A stretch of DNA of 51,594 bases, from IMG/VR virus record IMGVR_UViG_3300048834_000016, positions 1 to 51,594 of that record; one strand, 5' to 3'. The notes below the pieces were generated by a model that was not told the origin of the DNA, did not search any database, and saw nothing but the letters and a program-made list of their open reading frames with translations. Origin of the DNA: a virus. Taxonomy: Duplodnaviria > Caudoviricetes. Below are positions 47,766-51,594 of this stretch, one piece after another (position 1 is the stretch's first letter; each line of letters begins with the position of its first letter). Both the position numbers and the translations under genes were made by a program.

Positions 47766-47790
47766 AAAAAGGGAGCACTAAGCTCCCTTT
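47766..47790 (-). terminator. Rho-independent terminator after capsid genes
   Basis: AAAGGGAGC/GCTCCCTTT stem with A-tract. Confidence 0.78.
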
Positions 47791-47794
47791 AAGT

Positions 47795-48265
47795 TTAGAC
47801 CTTAGTCTTGTTTACGAACTCAAGGAGCAAAGTAGCCTTACCTTGTGTAGCCGTAACAGTACCTGTCACCGCCTTAGCAACCTTCTCAGCAGCCGAAGTA
47901 CCTGTAGTTGATGCAGTCGCCCACGTACCAATTGCTACAGCAGACACGTCCTTAGTTCCAATAGTTTCAAGTTGTGTTTCTGTGAGCACAACACCATTAG
48001 TACCAGGAGCTGTACCACCTACAGCAACAGTTCCAGCAGCGGAGACAGCAAAAGCCTCATCCACACGCAGAATAGCGCTCTTCAGAAGTGCACCCTTAGG
48101 AATAACAACAGGAGGCATAAATGCACTGTTGAGTGATTCACCAGTCAGTGTAATAGAATACGAACGGGTACTTCCGTCAGTAGTTTCACTACCGATAGTT
48201 CCACCCGTGGTACGTTGACCATAGTGGTTATACACGCCGATACCTGCGGAATTTTCAAAAGCCAT
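47795..48265 (-). CDS. Capsid decoration/minor capsid protein
   Basis: 156 aa, Ala/Thr/Gly-rich, directly after the major capsid gene. Confidence 0.6.
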   Translation of the reverse strand: MAFENSAGIGVYNHYGQRTTGGTIGSETTDGSTRSYSITLTGESLNSAFMPPVVIPKGALLKSAILRVDEAFAVSAAGTVAVGGTAPGTNGVVLTETQLETIGTKDVSAVAIGTWATASTTGTSAAEKVAKAVTGTVTATQGKATLLLEFVNKTKV

Positions 48266-48278
48266 ATTCTTCTCCTAA

Positions 48279-49232
48279 TTAGATATTAACAGCAGAAGTA
48301 ATGACGATACCCAGAGTATCAACACGTTGCGTACCAAGACCCCAACGGCACGAAGTTACAAACTCGTCACGACGCAGGTCCTTATTACGTTCACCTTCCA
48401 CCTTGGGCATACGACGCCATGCACCCATAATAGGTTTGGTATTGTCGTCAGCCACACACATAAACACGTTAGCAACAGCATTCGACACCGAGGTCGTACC
48501 ATCACTAAATGTACCCTTATCCAGACGGTTAGACGAGATGATATTCCAACCATACAGATTCATCAAGAACGTATGATCACGATCAAAACCATTCTCAAGA
48601 ATACGCTGACCGAAAGGAGTTACATCACGATTTACAGAAACCAGACGATCCATAGTAGCACCAACCACAGGATCAACAATAGCAATACGTCCAGCCATTG
48701 GAACATTAGCCTTGTCAAATGCAAGCTTCATCTTGATGAAGTGATCCAGCAGGATAGTGTTTTCACTACCAGAAGTTGCTACGGCAGAAGCAATACGATG
48801 AGCAAATCCATTAACCAGATTAGCATTAGCATTGGTCTGGGCAGTGTTACACTTCTTCAGGAAACGTGTTTCAAACACTTCTTGAATTGCACGAGTGGAT
48901 TCGCTAGAGCGAGCACTCATTAGAGCTTCAACTTGAGCACCATCTTCACGGAGTTCATCAGTAACATACCAAGCATCACCAACGTAGTCAGTAATAGTCA
49001 GAGTCACTTCACCCGATTCAATAGGTGTGTAATCGAACGGAACTTCTTCAGCACCGTCTTGAATGGTTACAGAGCCGACAGTCTTAATATGAAGAGTCGA
49101 ACCAGAACCGAAATCCGAGACATTACGATAGAATGTACCGGGAAGCATACCATCCTGCAGATTACGCAGAATAAACGCGCTATACTGTTCTGCTTCGATG
49201 AATGCTGTGCTATTAGCACGATTTTGAGACAT
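48279..49232 (-). CDS. Major capsid protein
   Basis: 317 aa after scaffold; GSTLHIKTVG and FDKANVP..GR motifs; downstream terminator. Confidence 0.85.
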   Translation of the reverse strand: MSQNRANSTAFIEAEQYSAFILRNLQDGMLPGTFYRNVSDFGSGSTLHIKTVGSVTIQDGAEEVPFDYTPIESGEVTLTITDYVGDAWYVTDELREDGAQVEALMSARSSESTRAIQEVFETRFLKKCNTAQTNANANLVNGFAHRIASAVATSGSENTILLDHFIKMKLAFDKANVPMAGRIAIVDPVVGATMDRLVSVNRDVTPFGQRILENGFDRDHTFLMNLYGWNIISSNRLDKGTFSDGTTSVSNAVANVFMCVADDNTKPIMGAWRRMPKVEGERNKDLRRDEFVTSCRWGLGTQRVDTLGIVITSAVNI

Positions 49233-49241
49233 TTAAAATCC

Positions 49242-50042
49242 TTATTTAAAATATTTGAAATACACAGAAGGTTTAGTCAAATCATCGATAGACATACCTT
49301 TTTCATGCAACTCATCAATCATTTTTCTAGATGACACACTCTCTTGCATAATATCTTGAGCAGTGGCACCGACTTCTAATTTACGACTGTTTCGTGCGAT
49401 GAATGTTTCTTGATTAGGCGTAAGCTGTGAAGTATTGATACTTGAAACATTTGGACTATTGGTTTGTTTGATTGTTTCTGTAATACCGATAATCTTCAGA
49501 GCAGCCTGTGGAGTACGTGCAGCCAAAGCATTCATTTCAGCTTTAGAGAGGCCAATCTCTTGAGCTTTTGAATAAAAAACTTCTTCAGCCTTTTCCCCGA
49601 ATGCGCCTCTCACCTTATTGACAACACTTTGCAAATTATCTTTAGCAACTTGCTCTTGCTGTCTACGAGTGAGCGTTTGTTCTACCAACTGTGTTACAGA
49701 CTCTTCGTTTAACGAGCTAACAGTGGTGGCTGTTTCGTCATTCTTTTGAGTAAGTTGAAATAGTGTACGTTCAAGTTCAGATACCTTATCAGCAACAGGG
49801 CGCAGAGAATCTCGTTCTTGTTCAATCTGGCTTTTCTCTGTCTTTAGAGTTTGGATAAATCCTTGAGCGTTTTGCAGACCAATAAGCGCATCCTTAACAG
49901 TCTTATATTTCGGTTCTCCATTCTCATTCTTAATTTGATTAAGCAAGTCTGCAAAATCACTAGAGGTAGAAGGAAGAGCTGGTGTGTTTTCAGGGGTCAC
50001 CTGAGTGTTTTGATTATTTTCAAAAATGGACTGGTCAGCCAT
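49242..50042 (-). CDS. Capsid scaffolding protein
   Basis: Coiled-coil, Gln/Glu-rich, between portal and capsid. Confidence 0.7.
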   Translation of the reverse strand: MADQSIFENNQNTQVTPENTPALPSTSSDFADLLNQIKNENGEPKYKTVKDALIGLQNAQGFIQTLKTEKSQIEQERDSLRPVADKVSELERTLFQLTQKNDETATTVSSLNEESVTQLVEQTLTRRQQEQVAKDNLQSVVNKVRGAFGEKAEEVFYSKAQEIGLSKAEMNALAARTPQAALKIIGITETIKQTNSPNVSSINTSQLTPNQETFIARNSRKLEVGATAQDIMQESVSSRKMIDELHEKGMSIDDLTKPSVYFKYFK

Positions 50043-50070
50043 TAATATGAATTCCTATACGTATAAAAAT

Positions 50071-50147
50071 TGGTTCCGCCTATCTGACTTGAACAGATGA
50101 CCTCTCGCTTACAAGACGAGTGCTACTACCAACTGAGCTAAGACGGA
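50071..50147 (-). tRNA. trnT: tRNA-Thr(TGT)
   Basis: TCCGTCT/AGGCGGA acceptor stem, CTCGT-CT-TGT-AA-GCGAG arm, GTTCAA, CCA. Confidence 0.88.
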
Positions 50148-50153
50148 AAATAT

Positions 50154-50227
50154 TGGAGCAGATTATCAGAATTGAACTGATACCTCTTACTTGGAAGGAA
50201 AGAATTCTACCACTAAACTAAATCTGC
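50154..50227 (-). tRNA. trnG: tRNA-Gly(TCC)
   Basis: GCAGATT/AATCTGC acceptor stem, loop CT-TCC-AA, U73, CCA. Confidence 0.85.
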
Positions 50228-50245
50228 TAATGTTCAATGTATATT

Positions 50246-50299
50246 CTTAAGGGTCACTCACTCACTCACTTTACGTTCGTTCATTCGTTCCCTCTTAAG
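50246..50299 (-). repeat. (TCAC)4-tttac-(GTTC/ATTC)4 element flanked by inverted CTTAAG
   Basis: Minus strand can fold with alternating AC.GT pairs and tandem GA.GA mismatches. Confidence 0.65.
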
Positions 50300-50337
50300 T
50301 ATTTACTAAGTAAGTATGAACTTAACCCTTTTTTTGA

Positions 50338-50595
50338 CTACTTTTCTCCAACATCATTAGAAATTAGTGAAATTACTTCATTTAAAGCTCTTTCATATCC
50401 TAATGCGTCTGCTTGATAGAACGCCCAAGAGGGCGATTCGTATGATGTTTTAGCCATTACTTCGTTACGTTTACTCGTAATTCTTTCGTTTAAGATTGCC
50501 GTTAGGCGTTCTCTTACAAGAGCAGAGGATTTAAAGTTTCCTCTAATCTCCTCTGCAAGTTCTTTATTTACGTTTACAATCCATGTCTTTTTCAT
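50338..50595 (-). CDS. Hypothetical protein downstream of portal
   Basis: 85 aa, ATGA-coupled to the portal stop. Confidence 0.7.
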   Translation of the reverse strand: MKKTWIVNVNKELAEEIRGNFKSSALVRERLTAILNERITSKRNEVMAKTSYESPSWAFYQADALGYERALNEVISLISNDVGEK

Positions 50596-51586
50596 TTAGC
50601 CATATCCGTTCCAATAGACTGTTCAACTTGTAAATCTTCGCTAGTTTGTTGTACCATTCGTTGAGTTTCAGCTTGTTCGTCAATACCGATATTAGGACGA
50701 AACAACGAATAACGAGAGAATCCAAGAACATCTTCAACCATCTTGGCAAGTTGTTTGCTACTCGTATGAGGAGCAATTTGTTGCCAAATAGGTGTATTAG
50801 CAAGTCCTGTAAGATTCTGAACGATTTGAGCTTGAGCAGCAAAATGCCTAGCTCCAATTGGACGAAGTACACCAGAAGCAGTAATATCTTCTTTAGTAAT
50901 CTCCATAAAGCGTTCAGCACCTAGATCGTTATCAAGAACTCTAATCCAATCAGTGCTATCCATAGATCGACGAGACTTTTCAAGCATAGCGTTAAGAGAG
51001 GGTTCTAGAAGTTCAATTTCAAACGTAGTAAGCTTCTCTTGGAAGATGCGTCCTGCTGCATTCTGTAATTCTTGCACTTCAAACTTCGTCTTTTCACCTG
51101 GAGAACGAATACCCATTGCTTCACGAGGAGCACCTGCATACTGTTCCATTCGCATTTCAAGACGATCAATGTTATTATCTGCTTGAATAACCCATTGAGC
51201 ATTCCGTGCTAGTTCTGTTACTTCACCATTATCGTCAATATGAATCTGCTCTGCAGGGCCGTACACAAACTCATTAACATCTCCCTTAATAACGATAGGA
51301 GGTAGAATAGCTAAGTCCATAGCATCTGCTTTAAGATTCTCTAGATGATCCATCCTATACTGCATTCCAACCAGATTATCTAGTGGACCCATTGCCCAAA
51401 GATTATCGGGCCTTGTACGCCATCCTACGTGGTAAATAGGGGCATGTCCAAGCCAGTTGTCGAAAGGTTCATTACGAATAGTCCACATACGATCTACAAT
51501 AGTAATCATACGATCAGACTGATATTCATCAGAATCTAGATTATGAATGTCTCCATAGAACTCTAGAATTTCAACATATCCGCTTT
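50592..51586 (-). CDS. Portal protein, C-terminal part
   Basis: Open frame continuing from 1-886; GWRTRPDNLWAMGPLDNL and GIRSPGEKT motifs. Confidence 0.88.
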
Positions 51587-51594
51587 AGATCGGA
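51587..51594 (+). other. Illumina adapter remnant
   Basis: AGATCGGA, the start of the TruSeq adapter, where the repeat of 1-126 diverges. Confidence 0.85.

Noticed and set aside
36179-48923. Many plus-strand ORFs of 60-200 aa opposite the structural genes
   Set aside because: Antisense shadows of long minus-strand genes, with no RBS or recognisable motifs
51461-51594. 126-bp end repeat as a biological terminal repeat
   Set aside because: It lies mid-portal gene and ends in the adapter sequence AGATCGGA, so it is an assembly overlap

Overview
The window is an essentially complete, circularly assembled genome (about 51,460 bp) of an AT-rich lytic podovirus. Bases 1-126 recur at 51461-51586 and are followed by an Illumina adapter remnant. 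The gene content resembles Zobellviridae/phiEco32-type phages (PA11, ICP2, CW02-like): T7-like portal, capsid, tail tubular and internal virion genes, family A DNA polymerase and primase-helicase, no RNA polymerase, a phage sigma factor and an amidoligase/ATP-grasp/glutamine amidotransferase module. The minus strand carries the late genes (lysis, tail fibres, terminase, portal, capsid, tail, internal proteins, phoH). The plus strand carries early and replication genes (11.3-34.7 kb). There are five tRNAs, a group I intron with a LAGLIDADG ORF in the class II RNR gene, free-standing HNH genes and a GC-rich island. The most unusual signals are: (1) an ORF-free ~700-nt leader after sigma70 promoters, with three boxA motifs and long stems enclosing structured domains, like an rRNA operon; (2) three key genes that appear to start at ATT/ATA; (3) hairpins built from tandem G.A pairs, a DnaA-box cluster and 12-bp repeat arrays in intergenic regions. 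Functional calls come from motif recognition only; no database search was run.
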